64,000 nucleotides of DNA from the human T2T-CHM13v2.0 reference genome, Homo sapiens. Of the stretch, positions 14,401-30,600 are shown in pieces (position 1 is the stretch's first letter; every line of letters begins with the position of its first letter). Under the pieces are notes generated by a model. That model had not been told where the DNA came from and did not search any database. It worked only from the letters and a program-made list of their open reading frames with translations. The position numbers and the translations under genes were made by a program. The stretch lies in the NCBI RefSeq assembly GCF_009914755.1, contig NC_060947.1. One strand, 5' to 3'.

Positions 14401-15975
14401 TTTTTTAAACAGCTAAATTATGATATAATTCACAAATCACATAATTCATTCATTTAAAGTATTCTAAATATCAGTGTTTTTTAAATATACTCAAAGAGTT
14501 GTGTAACCAATGTGGCAATCAATTATAGAATATTTACCTCACCCCGCAAAAAAATATTGAACCATGCAGCTTTAACTTCTCATTTCCTGTCATCCCCCAC
14601 CTCCCAATCAGCACCAACCCTAGGCAACCACTGATCTACTTTTTCTTCTCTATACATTTCCCTGTCCTGGATATTTCATATAAATGGAATCATATGATAT
14701 GTGATCTTTTGTGTCTCCCTTTTTTCCTTAAGCATAATGGTTTCAAGCTTCATCCATATTGTAACATGTGTCATTACTTCATTCTTTTTTACTGCTGAAT
14801 AATATACCATTGTGTGGATATATGACATTTTGTTTATCCATTCATCAGTTAATTGGTATTTGAATTTTTTCAATTTTTGACCATTATGTATAATGCTGCT
14901 ATGAACATTTGTGGACAAATTTTGTGTGGACATATATTTTTATTTATTTTACATACATTTGTAGTGGTGTAATTGCTAGATCATATGTTAACTTTATGTT
15001 TAAACATTTGAGGAGCTGCCAGACTATTTTCCAAAGGGACTACACCATTTTACATTCCCCCCAGTACTGTGTGAGGGTTCTAATTTCTCTACATTCTTGC
15101 TAACACTTGTTATTACATGCCTTTTTAAATTATATCCATCTTAGTGAGTGTATCCTGACATCTCATTGTGCTTTGATTTGCATTTCCCTTATAATTAATG
15201 ATATTGAGCATATTTTCATGTGCTTATTAGGCATTTGTATATTTTCTTTGGAGAAACTTTTTTCAGATCCTTTGCTCATTTTTAACTGTTATTTGTCTTT
15301 TATTATTGAGTTGTAATCATTGTTTATATATTCTAGACACAAGCCAGACATATAATTTGCACATTTTTCTTCCATTCTGTGGATTAACTTTCAACATTCT
15401 TGATGGTGTCCTCTGCTGCACAAAAGATTTTAATTTTGTAATGGCCAGTTTATCTATTTTTTCTTTAGTTTCTTATGTCACATCTGAAAAACCAGCCACC
15501 TAATCCAAGGGCACAAACATTTACACCTGTGTTTTCTTTTAGACGTTTTATAATGTTAGCCCCTAATTTATTTAGATCTTTCATCCATTTTGAGTTAATT
15601 TTTGTGTATGATCTAAGATAGAGGTACAACTTCTTTTTTTTGCATATGGATATTCAGTTGACCTAGCATAATTTGTTGAAAGACTATTCTTTCCCTATTA
15701 AATTGTTTTGGCACCCTTGGTGAAAATCAGTTAACTCAAGGTGTATGGCTTTGTTTCTGAACTTTCAATTCTATTCTATTGATCTAAATGTCTAGTCTTA
15801 TGCAAATACCACACTGTCTAGATTACTGTTGCTTTGTAGTAAGTTTTGAAATTACAAAATATGAATCTTATATCTTTGTTCTCCTTTTTCAAAATTGTTT
15901 TAGACTCTGGGTCCCTTGAATTTCCATATGAATTTTAGGATAAACAGGTCAGTTTCTGCAAATAAGTCATCTAGG
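14401..15975 (-). mobile_element. Old L1 (L1MB-like) 3' portion
   Basis: ORF 14676..14933 resembles the L1 ORF2 C-terminus (WINKMSYIHTMVYYSAVKKNE). T-rich 3' end at 14401. Confidence 0.88.
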
Positions 15976-16279
15976 AATACCATATTAATGTGGTATTCGG
16001 TGTTCAATCTTCTTTTTGCAGCAGAATGTCACAGCTGAACAAAAAATGATCAAAAGTTGGCCCTTTCTTATACAAAGAAGCAGAAGAAGGAAATGAACTG
16101 AATGTTATAAAGCTTCCCCTTGTCCTTGCCCCTGCACTTTTTTCCAGGCATAAAGTGATGGGACAAAGTAGGTAGCATTCACACTTGGAAATTGACAGCT
16201 CAGGGCCAAATGGACCCTATGCAAAAGGGGAAAGTCAGAAGTGGACCTTCATTGTGTCAACTTAAAAATCACACAATTT

Positions 16280-18505
<2,226 letters not shown>

Positions 18506-18553
18506 TGATAGTGTGGTGCAAAGTTTTGCATAGGTCAGGGATGGGCTAGCCAG

Positions 18554-19516
18554 TGAAGGGGTGGGTTGCCCCTCCACACCTGTGGGTGTTTCTTGTTAGG
18601 TGGAACAAGAGACTTGGAAAAGAAGAGACACAGAGACAAAGTATAGAGAAAGAAAAAAGGGGCCCAGGGGACCAGCGTTCAGCACACGGAGGATCCCGCC
18701 GGCCTCTGAGTTCCCTTAGTATTTATTCATCATTATTGGGTGTTTCTCGGGGAGGAGGATGTGGCAGGGTCATAGGATAATAGTGGAGAGAAGGTCAGCA
18801 GGTAAACACGTGAACAAAGGTCTCTGCATCATAAACAAGGTAAAGAATTAAGTGCTGTGCTTTAGATATGTATACACATAAACATCTCAATGCCTTAAAG
18901 AGCAGTATTGCTGCCCGCATGTCCCACCTCCAGCCCCAAGGCGGTTTTCCCCTATCTCAGTAGATGGAATATACAATCGGGTTTTACACCGAGACATTCC
19001 ATTGCCCAGGGACAGGCAGGAGACAGATGCCTTCCTCTTGTCTCAACTGCAAAGAGGCGTTCCCTCCTCTTTTACTAATCCTCCTCAGCACAGACCCTTC
19101 ACGGGTGTCGGGCTGGGGGACGGTCAGGTCTTTCCCTTCCCACGAGGCCATATTTCAGACTATCACATGGGGAGAAACCTTGGACAATACCTGGCTTTCC
19201 TAGGCAGAGGTCCCTGCGGCCTACCACAGTGTTTTGTGTCCCTGGGTACTTGAGATTAGGGAGTGGTGATGACTCTTAAGGAGCATGCTGCCTTCAAGCA
19301 TTTGTTTAACAAAGCACATCTTGCACAGCCCTTAATCCATTTAACCCTGAGTTGACACAGCACATGTTTCAGGGAGCACAGGTTTGGGGGTAAGGTTACA
19401 GATTAACAGCATCACAAGGCAGAAGAATTTTTCTTAATACAGAACAAAATGGAGTCTCCTATGTCTACTTCTTTCTACACAGACACAGTAACAATCTGAT
19501 CTCTCTTTTCCCCACA
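18554..19516 (-). mobile_element. Solo HERV-K(HML-2) LTR5 (LTR5A/B-like), 963 bp, intact termini
   Basis: Reverse strand starts TGTGGGGAAAAGAGAG and ends ...GGGGCAACCCACCCCTTCA. Confidence 0.95.
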
Positions 19517-20699
19517 AGGGATGGGCTAGCCAGCTGTGAAGCTGGAGCAGATTAATGGTTGGTCCCCAGATGCCCACCAGCAACAGTTAGGTGTGTAGAC
19601 TCAGGGATATACAAGTATAGAAGTTTCCCAGGAATATACTTAAGTATAGCCTCTTTCTAAGCCCCTATAGCCTGCATTGCTGTAAACAGGCACTATGCCT
19701 GGTCTAATTCAACTCTTTTAAAGTTAATCCAGAGGACAAGCAGTTGGGCTCCTTAAACAGAACAAACAGGAGGCCCCAGTCACCTAACATAATGCTCAAA
19801 GAGAGCAGCCAGAAATTGTAGCTTCTCAGCATTTCATCAATAATCACTGATTTGTAAGACTGGAGATAGAAGAAAAACAAACAGCAACACCAGTGGAGCT
19901 GGGCATTGCAAGTCCCATCTGAACTGTAACAAAAAGGATTCATTACTAGACTCCCAACATAAGCTTGAGAAGGCCATCTCTGGCTGCCAGTGACTATGTC
20001 AGTGCTGAAATGGAGTCACCACCCAGAACAGCATTTCCAAGAATCCCTGGGGATAGGGGCACCCACTATGGGGACAGTGTGCTGAGCGTGGGCCTGGATG
20101 GGCATAGGTGGGTGGAAGCAAGCTAACCAGCAACTCATCCTATTCCATAGAGAATATAATGATAGGAACATGAATAAAGTTCCAGCTGCTATGGGAGACC
20201 TGGAGAGGAGGAGGTTTGTATTCCACGTGCTGAGGAACCTCTCAACAAGAGGTGAGACACTGCAACTTGGGCCCCTGTAGCCTGAATGGTAAGAATAGAG
20301 TTTCTGACAAATGCAGCCAAAGATCTCCATGAAATCCCAGGGAGAGACCTGTGCCCAACACCCAGCATGGCACATCTGCAAGCAGGACACACTACAAAAA
20401 TCCTGCTTTCTTTTCCCCAGGGGGAAGATTTTGATGTCTACAATGCAAATGTTCCTTCGACGGCTAACCATGCATCTCACAACTCTCTGGGACAGAGTTC
20501 CTACAACCAGTTTCCAATTAAAATTGATAATTGATAAAACATTTAAAACATGCTACCTATAGAGAGGAAATGTAGCTCCAGTTCAATGAAGATTTTCACA
20601 AATGGTGAGTATTGACTTATTTAAGGAATAGACAGTGCCAAAAAGATTCTGACACTGACTTACATATTTAGACTCTGGCCCTGCGGAGCTACGTCTCAC

Positions 20700-21185
20700 C
20701 TTTGCATCTACAAGGTTGCTTATGGCAATTGCCATGACTCTCTGCCTTGGAGGCCTTTTGTCTCACCCTTAGAGCATGCTGGACTTGACCCAAGGCCAAC
20801 TGGAGGTGACAGAGATTTATATCACCCCTGAGGGAAGTCCTTTAAGAAGTATGGTTGGTTATTTGGTGGCTAAATACCCTCAAGACTTTTCATCCTACCC
20901 TTGGGATGAATGTCAGGTGTGTGTTCGACACAGTCTCCCATAGGATCCCCCTGGGAATTAGCTCAAATTGCCCGACACAGTCTCCCATAGGATCCCCCTG
21001 GGAATTAGCTCAAATTGCCCACACTGGTAACCTGCTAGATTATTCTTGCCACTTAATTGGCTGCATTCCTTCTAAATCTCACAACACCCCTACCAGTGCT
21101 ACCTGGGACTCCCTCCTACATAGGCACTTTCTACTCATAAGTGTGCCTCAGGGTCTATTTTTAGGGAACCCACATTTGAACACCT
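20700..21185 (+). mobile_element. ERV-L LTR16-like element
   Basis: 3' end gtgcctcagggtctatttttagggaaccca resembles the LTR16 terminus. Confidence 0.5.
20926..21020. repeat. Perfect 47-bp tandem duplication
   Basis: cgacacagtctcccataggatccccctgggaattagctcaaattgcc x2. Confidence 0.95.
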
Positions 21186-21743
21186 TGTATGCTAATTTAC
21201 ACTCACACTTGAATGTCTGGCTAGAAGTAGAATTGTAGGCTCAAAGTTATTTTGCACCAACAGCCAAAAGACGATTCTTTCTTTCCTAGGAATTTCTGGT
21301 TACCTCATTAGCTCCCTCTCTCTTTTTCTCAATTGAAGAAGTATATCTCTTGCGAGAATTCCCTCCCCACTCTGCAAGCCACTCTCATTTTAAATTTATT
21401 TGATTATAACAGCTACCCACTCCCTCCCCCAAACTTCAAGGGAGACAAATCAAGACCTCTAAGTGGGCTTTTAAAGTCACCTCCCTCTAGAAATTTAGGG
21501 CTGCAGGGCTTCTCCACGTGCCCACTCAGCCGTCCTTCCACCTTCTCTAAACAGGGCCTCTCTTGAATCCAACACCCCCAGACTCTGCAATGTTAGTAAA
21601 CACTCTCTAAAAGGGGAGTAGCTAGAGTTCATCTGTTGTGGTCTCGGGTAGCAGAGACAGGTGAGAAGTTAAGAAACCATGTGAACAAAAGGCACATCCA
21701 ACCAAAAGCAGTGAGAAAACAGCTTCTATTTGTAACAGTTGCA

Positions 21744-22043
21744 TTATGGGAAGGATTTATTGATCCACACCATTTTCCTGGATTTTCTACGCTCCCTGTG
21801 GTATAGAGATGGGTCAATGGCATAGTGTTTTAACAAAGGCCAATTCCACCCTGGTATGGTTTGCGTCTGTGTCCACAGCAACTCTGTCAGATTCGCATCA
21901 TTTCTGTGATTCCCAAGCTGTCTGCTGAGCAGAATGCTCAGCATGGATTTAGAGGCCAGACTGGGTCTTAAGTATTTGTTTGCCTTCCTCCTGGTGCTCT
22001 GTGCAGATGCGCTGGGACTGACTTCAGAGTGTCCCTGAGCCAT
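21744..22043 (-). CDS. ETD-family paralogue, 99 aa ([25 protein letters not shown]...[17 protein letters not shown]...), coding status unverified
   Basis: ATG in gcagtcATGg aligns with the ETDC start. Shares SPS and RQLGxxRxDxxLxxxLW. Open for 300 nt. Homologous AATAAA at 21756-21761. Confidence 0.55.
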   Translation of the reverse strand: MAQGHSEVSPSASAQSTRRKANKYLRPSLASKSMLSILLSRQLGNHRNDANLTELLWTQTQTIPGWNWPLLKHYAIDPSLYHRERRKSRKMVWINKSFP

Positions 22044-22099
22044 GACTGCTTGACTCCACAGATCCACAGATGGCTTCAGGAAGACAGGACAACAGAGAT

Positions 22100-22101
<2 letters not shown>

Positions 22102-22145
<44 letters not shown>
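22102..22145. repeat. (CA)n microsatellite
   Basis: Visible dinucleotide run upstream of the minus-strand ETD paralogue. Confidence 0.95.
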
Positions 22146-22147
<2 letters not shown>

Positions 22148-22159
22148 GATTATAAAAAG

Positions 22160-22670
22160 CTTTGTGACAATTTGTGATTTTAAATGTCAGCTATATCATT
22201 TCTTTGAGTCCCACATATGCATAAATGTATTTCTAGAATATCTTTGTTGGCCCATGAACATGTCTATCAATTCCTGTTTCATTTGCTAATACTACAGACT
22301 AAGTTTTGAGTCCAGAATGACAAGCTCCCCCTCTTACATAATCCTTCGCATTTTTTCCAGTATAATTGCATCTGTTCTTCCAGTTACACATACACTCAAA
22401 ATTGTGCTATAAATTATGATTGGGATTGCACTGGATTTACTGATTTATTTAGAGGAGAATTGATGCCATTGCAAAAATTGATCTTCTTTTTCAAAAAATG
22501 TAGTATTTTAAAATGTTATGTGAATATTCAAACTGGAAGCTCATAAAAAGTTGCATGTGTGTTTTCCTTATGTTTGTCCTCATCTTTCTAGGTGTTTCAT
22601 AACATTTGCAACCAATGTAAATAGGACATTTTATTTCTATGATATTCCCTATTTAAGGAAGACTATGCAG
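22160..22670 (-). mobile_element. Old L1M ORF2 fragment carried in the ETD duplication unit
   Basis: Reverse complement matches the L1-like sequence at about 45.5-46.0 kb and 25.10-25.15 kb (gttggcatttcaaatcag motif). Confidence 0.6.
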
Positions 22671-22689
22671 ATTTTTAATTTATGTATTC

Positions 22690-22831
22690 ATTTATTTTTA
22701 TTTTAGAGATGGGGTCTCCGTATGTTACCCAGACTGGTCTTGAACTCCTGGGCTCAAGCGATCCACCCACCTCAGCCTTCCAGAGGCTATAATCCAGCTG
22801 GGATTATAGGTGTGAGCCACTGTGCCTGGCC
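22690..22831 (-). mobile_element. Alu monomer (FLAM/AluJ left arm)
   Basis: agagatggggtctc...tcttgaactcctgggctcaagcgatcc...gtgagccactgtgcctggcc. Confidence 0.85.
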
Positions 22832-22994
22832 TAGTATGAAAAGCTTTTATGCATTTAACATCTATCAATCAACCTCTCCTGGCCTATTTCCTAGGTGATT
22901 GCCATGGTTTTCTAGGATGTCAGTTCCTTAAGAGAAAGAGTTTTCCACTTTCTTTGTTAATAAAATACTCAATACCAATAAGTTCTCTTCCCAC

Positions 22995-24110
22995 TGCAAA
23001 TTGTTTAGAACACTGAACACGGCCTCAGGGTCTTTACATGGTTCTGTGGGGGCTAGGAAAAAACCTGAAGGACTGAGCCTTCCTTCCCTGCCACTCAAGA
23101 AAGGGAGTGTGTGACCTGGGTCGCTTTACAGGAACCTCAATTTCCTCAGTTCTTACATAAGATTGAGTGGGCAGCCAGTGTGCAGGCAAGCCACATCTCC
23201 TCATAACAGTCATTTTAGTTCCTCATGAGAACCCCACTATAAAAATCACAAAGCCCTGTCCTCACCGTTATCCCTCTGACAGCCTGGAAAATCCATGTCC
23301 TGCATATAGACACTACCCACCTGCGTCACACTTTAATGGTAACAATGTAGTTATTCTAGATCAGATACTTGAAAGGGAATATGGCTTGAGACATATGCAT
23401 ATGTCTCAACAAACTAGTCTAGTTTTAGCATAAGATTTTCCAAGGCATTAAAAGCCCACCTGCATCCCAGGTCCACAGAATAAAAGTGTGGAGTTCCACT
23501 GCTCTGAGCTTTGGGAGGGGGTCACACAGTTGTGCGAGACACAGCAGTGTTTAACTGCAGTGTTAAATTTCTGCAACTAAACACTCCATTTACATGAACT
23601 GTGTATTATAGAGGGAGTAATTGCAGAGTCATGACCAAAACTGGATGCAGAGATTGACAAGCAAATGGGAAATTCAACCTAACACTAATTCCCTGATTGG
23701 AACATGGCAGACAAAGTCGCTGATCACTACCCAGGGAACCTGGCAAGATGCAGTGGGTGCTGTAATCTACACAAAGGATAAATTTTAATGAAGGGATTTT
23801 GCACAAGCCAGGGACAAGCTCTGAGGCCAGGATAGCTGAATGTCCCATCCAGGAAGGAGACATGTAGATGGCACCCAGCCACAAGATATACCTACTTCCT
23901 CTCCCAGCAACTTCCACTTACCCTATTCTGCTCTGAACCAGAAGGAAGCCAGGTGATGGTTGCCAGTATTTGAATCTTGCAGACTGTTGGCATTACGTTC
24001 TGAGAGCAGTCGTGAGTAATCATAGTAACCGTGACTTCACTTGGTTCTGAACCAATCAGGCCCTGGGACTCAGGGAAAAAGAGAGAGTGTGCTAAGGAAA
24101 GAAGTCATGT
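22995..24110 (-). repeat. Inverted segmental duplicate of about 43170-44180
   Basis: ORF 23167..23433(+) and ORF 43711..44001(-) translate to clearly homologous strings, and nucleotide collinearity continues on both sides. Confidence 0.9.
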
Positions 24111-25099
24111 TTCCTCTCACTGTTTACTCTCTGGTCCAGGTCTTTCTTCAAAAGAAACCTGAGTGGTCTGACAGGTAAAATATTCTGATATACCAAGATC
24201 ATAGAGCATCCTTTTGTGCCATAACCTAACTAATCTACCTGATAAACCTCAACCCTGTTTGGTAATGGGGGGGAAGGTATGGGAGAGTCATTTGTTCAAA
24301 CTGATACAGAGAAACTATAGAGCAGTGGGTAAAAACACAGGCTTCAGATACAGGCTTTTTTCAGTTCCAATCTCACCTTTCTATCACTTGGGCAAGTCCT
24401 TTAATCTCTCTTGAGGTCAAAATAGAGAACACAGTTGGCATCCACCCCTAGCCTTGGCATTATGCCAGATTCAAGTATAATACCACTCAGCACTTTTTGG
24501 GGTGAGACTGGGTCAGTTATCAGAGGCGAGTACAATCTTTAAATAACTGAGATTATGTTCCCAGGATGGAAACTCAGAAGGATGGGCCTTAGAAACAGAA
24601 ACTAGGTAGCACCTGAGAATGTCCAGTTTATTTCTTACACAAGGGTTTGGAGTAAGATCCATACCTGCGTCACCAGTGATTTTCAAAGAAGGCAAATCCT
24701 ATTTGAAGCTAAAGTAACATAAAGAGATTTGGAATGAGGAAACAAATTATAGCAGCCTGTAGGTTGTAGAATGAAGAAATACAGATGTAAAATAATGAAT
24801 TTTGTTATGGATAGATTTACCAAAGAGACCTACTCTCTCAACTTGCTGCACAAAATGCAGTAGAAGAAAGCCCCTATCCCAAGTACAGGGAAAACTCAGA
24901 GGTGAAAAGAAGGCAGCTCTGCAAAACAGCAACATAGAATTGAGTTAAAATTAATGCGAATGTAAGAATTACGTCGACACTTGAGCTATAAGCTAGCACT
25001 TTGAGTACAATCTAACAGGTCTGTGTGTGTCAGGTGATGATCAGATTGATACAACAGTGTGTCCTTAATGTCCCGGGTCCCATCAGGCTCCTACACAGC

Positions 25100-26832
<1,733 letters not shown>

Positions 26833-27214
26833 ACCAGCTGGTAGAGAATCAGTCTTTTTGGTTGAATACCAGGGGATATGCAGCTGATCTGGCTGATAGG
26901 GGATGTAGCTGGGTGAGCTTTTCCCACTTGGTAGGGAGCATATCTGATGAGAGCAGGGAAAATCGTGGCTAGGCCTTTGATGCCCTGTGAGGCTCAATTA
27001 TGCCAAGGCAGCACATGGAATTTCAGGCCTTGTAACACATGGCAGTAGACAAAATCGCTGAGAAGAGTGAATGAACTGAGAAGTGAGCCAGCAAAGCATG
27101 GTGAAGAAGGCTGAGACTCTGAGGGTGCAATCAGCAGCTGACAGCTGTAAGGCAGTCAGGAAGGAGAGCTGGGTGTAGACTCTAACCCACAGTGGGAAAT
27201 GGCCTGATCTTTTA

Positions 27215-27660
27215 AATTAATTCATTTTTCATTGATAAATAAAAATTGTGTCATGTCCAACATCATGCTTTGAAATGTGTATACATTGTGAAATGGCTAA
27301 ATTAAGCTAATTATATGCTTATCATTACATTATATGCTTATCATTTTTTTGTGTATGGTGAGAACACTTAAAATCTACTCTTTTATCAGTTTTCAAGAAT
27401 ACAATACAGTTAGTTACTAGCTGTAGTTAACATGTTTAACAACAGATCTGTTGAACTTGTTTCTCCTTTCTAACTGAAATTTTGTATTCTTTGACCAACA
27501 TCTCCCCTCACTGTTCCAGGCCCTGGCAGCCACCATTATCTTCTCTGCTTCTATGGGTTCAACTTTTTAGACTCCACATAGAAGGGAGATCATGAAGTAT
27601 TTGCCTTTTCTGTGCCTGGCTCATTTCACTTAGCAAAATGTCCCCTAGGTCCATTCAGGA
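27215..27660 (-). mobile_element. L1MA 3' fragment
   Basis: tggtgagaacacttaaaatctactc...ttttagactccacata 3'UTR signature. Confidence 0.8.
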
Positions 27661-27671
27661 CATGGCTTGAT

Positions 27672-30600
27672 TTTTTATTGATAATTTTGTACCTGTTTAT
27701 GGGATACATGTGTTATTTTGTTACAAGCATGGACTATGTAATGATCAAGTAAGGGTATTTGGGGTGTCCATCTCTTCAAGTATTTATCATTTCTATCTGT
27801 TGGGAACATACCAAGTTCTCTCTCCCAGCTATTTTGGAATCCATAGTACATTTGATGTTAACTATAGTCGCCTTACTTTGCTATCAAACATTAGAACTTA
27901 TCCCTTCCATCTACCTGTATGTTTGTACCCATTAACCAACTTCTCTTTATACTTCCTACCAACACACCCTTCCCAGACTCTGGTATCTATTATTCCATTC
28001 TCTCCCTCTATGAGATCAACGTTTTTAGCTATCATACATGAGTGAGAACATGAAATAATTGCCTTTCTGTACCTGGCTCATTTCACTTAACATAATCACC
28101 TCCAATTCCATCCATGTTGCTGCAACATGGATTGCGGAATTTTTTATGGCCAAATAGTATTCCATGGGTGTATATACACTACATTTTCTTTTTCCACTCA
28201 TCCACTGATGGACACCTAGATTGATTCCATATCTTTGCTATTGTAAATAGTGCTGTGATAAACATGCGAGTGCAGGTATCCCTTTGACATACAGATTTCT
28301 TTTCCTTTGGATAGACACTCAGTAGTGGGATTGCCAGATCATATAGTAGATATATTTTTAGTTTTTTTGAGAAATCTTTATACTGTTTTTCATAGTGTTT
28401 GTACTAATTTCCATTCCCAAAAAAGTGTATGAGTTCTCTTTTCTCCACATCCTTGCCAGCATCTGTGACTTTTTTTTTTTTTTGTCTTTTAATAGTAGCC
28501 ATTCAAACTGGGGTAAGATGGTATCTCATCGTGGTTTTGATTTGCATTTCCCTGATATTTAGTGATGTTGAGTACTTTTTTCGTATACCTGTTGGCCATT
28601 TGTATGTCTTCTTTTGAGAATTGTCCATTTATGGCATTTGCCCACTTTTTAATGGGATTATTTGTTTTATTATTCTTGACTTGAGTTTCTGGTATATTCT
28701 GAATATTAATCCCTTATCAGATGAATAGTTTGCACACATTTTTACCCATTCAGCAGGTTATCTCTCCACTCAATGGATTGTTTCCTTTGCTATGCAGATT
28801 TTTAGTTTGATATAGTCCTTTTTGTCTCTTTTTGCTTTAGTTGTCTGTGCTTTTGAAGCCTTAGCCATAAAATCTTCACTTATGCCAATGTCCTGAAGAT
28901 TTTTCCCTATGTTTTCTTCTACTAGTTTAATAGTTTTGGGTCTTAAGTCTTTAATCCATCTTGAGTTGATTTTTGTATATGGTTAGAGGTAGGGGTCTAA
29001 TTTCCTTACTGCACATATGGATATCCAACTTTCCCAGCACCATTTATTAAAGAGGGTGTCATTTCCTCAGCGCATGTTGTTGGTGCCTTTGTTGAAAATC
29101 AGTGGGCTGTAAATATATGAATTTATCTCAGAGTTCTCTATACATTGGTCTAAGTGGCTATTTTTATACTAATTCTATATTGTATTTGTTACCATAGACT
29201 TGTAATGTATTTTGAAGTCCAGTAGTGTGATGCTTCCAGCTTTATTCTTTGTGTTTAGGTTTGCTTTGGCTATTCTGGCTTTTTTTGTTGTTGTTGTTCC
29301 ATATGAATTTTAGGATAATTTTTTCTATTTCTGTGAAAAAAATGGCATTAGCGTTTTGAATCAGTAGATTGCTTTGGGCAATATGGTTATTTTAACAATA
29401 CAAATTCTTCTGATCCATGAGCATGGAATGTCTTTCCATTTGTTTGTGTCCTCTTCAATTTCCTTCATCAGTGTTTTGTAGTGCTTTGTAGTTTTCCTTG
29501 CAGAAATCTTTCATCTCCCTGGTTAAATTTATTCCTAGGTATTTTATATTTTTGTAGCTAATGGAAGTGGTATTGTCTTCTTGCTTTCTTTTTCAGCTAT
29601 TTCATTATTGGAGTACAGAAACAGTACTGATTTTCATATGTTGATTTTGTATCCTGCAACTTTATCACATTTGTTTATCAGCTCTAAGAGTTTATTGGTG
29701 GAGTCTTTTAATTTTTCTAAATATAAGATCATGTCACCTGCAAAGAGGAACAGTTTGGCTTCCTCTTTTCAAATTTGGGTGTGTTTTATTTCTTTCTCTT
29801 GCATGATTGCTCTGGCTTGGACTTCCAGTGCTGTGTTGAATACGAGTCATGAAAATGGGCATCCTTAACTTGTTCCAGTTCTTAGAGGAAAGGCTTCCAA
29901 CTTTTCCCCATGAAGTATGATCTTACCTGTGGTTTTGTCATATATAGCGTTTATTGTTTTGAGATATGCTCCCTCCATGCACAGTTTGTTGTGAGTTTTT
30001 ATCGTAAAGGGATGTTGAGTCTTATCAAATGTTTTTTTCTGCATCTATCAAGATGATAATATAGTTATTGTTCTCCATTCTGTTCATATGATGTATCACA
30101 TTTATTGATTTGTATATGTTAAACCATCCTTACATTTCCTGTTATAACTCCCACTTGATCATGGTGTATTATCTTTTTTGATGTGCTGTTGAATTCAGTT
30201 TGCTAGTATTTTGTTGAGGATATTTGTGTCTATGCTCATCAGGGATATTAGCTTATAGTTTTCTTTTTTACTATGCCCTTGTCTGGTTTGGGTATCAGGG
30301 TAATTCTGGCCTTGTAGAATGAGTTAGGGAGAATTCCCTTCTCTTAATAGTTTGAGAAGGATTGGTATTGCTTCTTTACGTATTTGGTAGAATTCAGCAA
30401 TGAACCTATCCAACCCCAGACTTTTCTTTGTTGGGAGATTTTTTACTAGTGATTTAATGTTACTACTTGTTATTGGTCTGTTCAGGCTTTCTCTCTTCCT
30501 GATTCAAGCTGGGCAGGTTGTATGTTTCCAGGAATTTACCAATTCCCTCTAGGTTTTCCCGTTTATGAGCATATAGGTGTTCATAATACTATGATGATCT

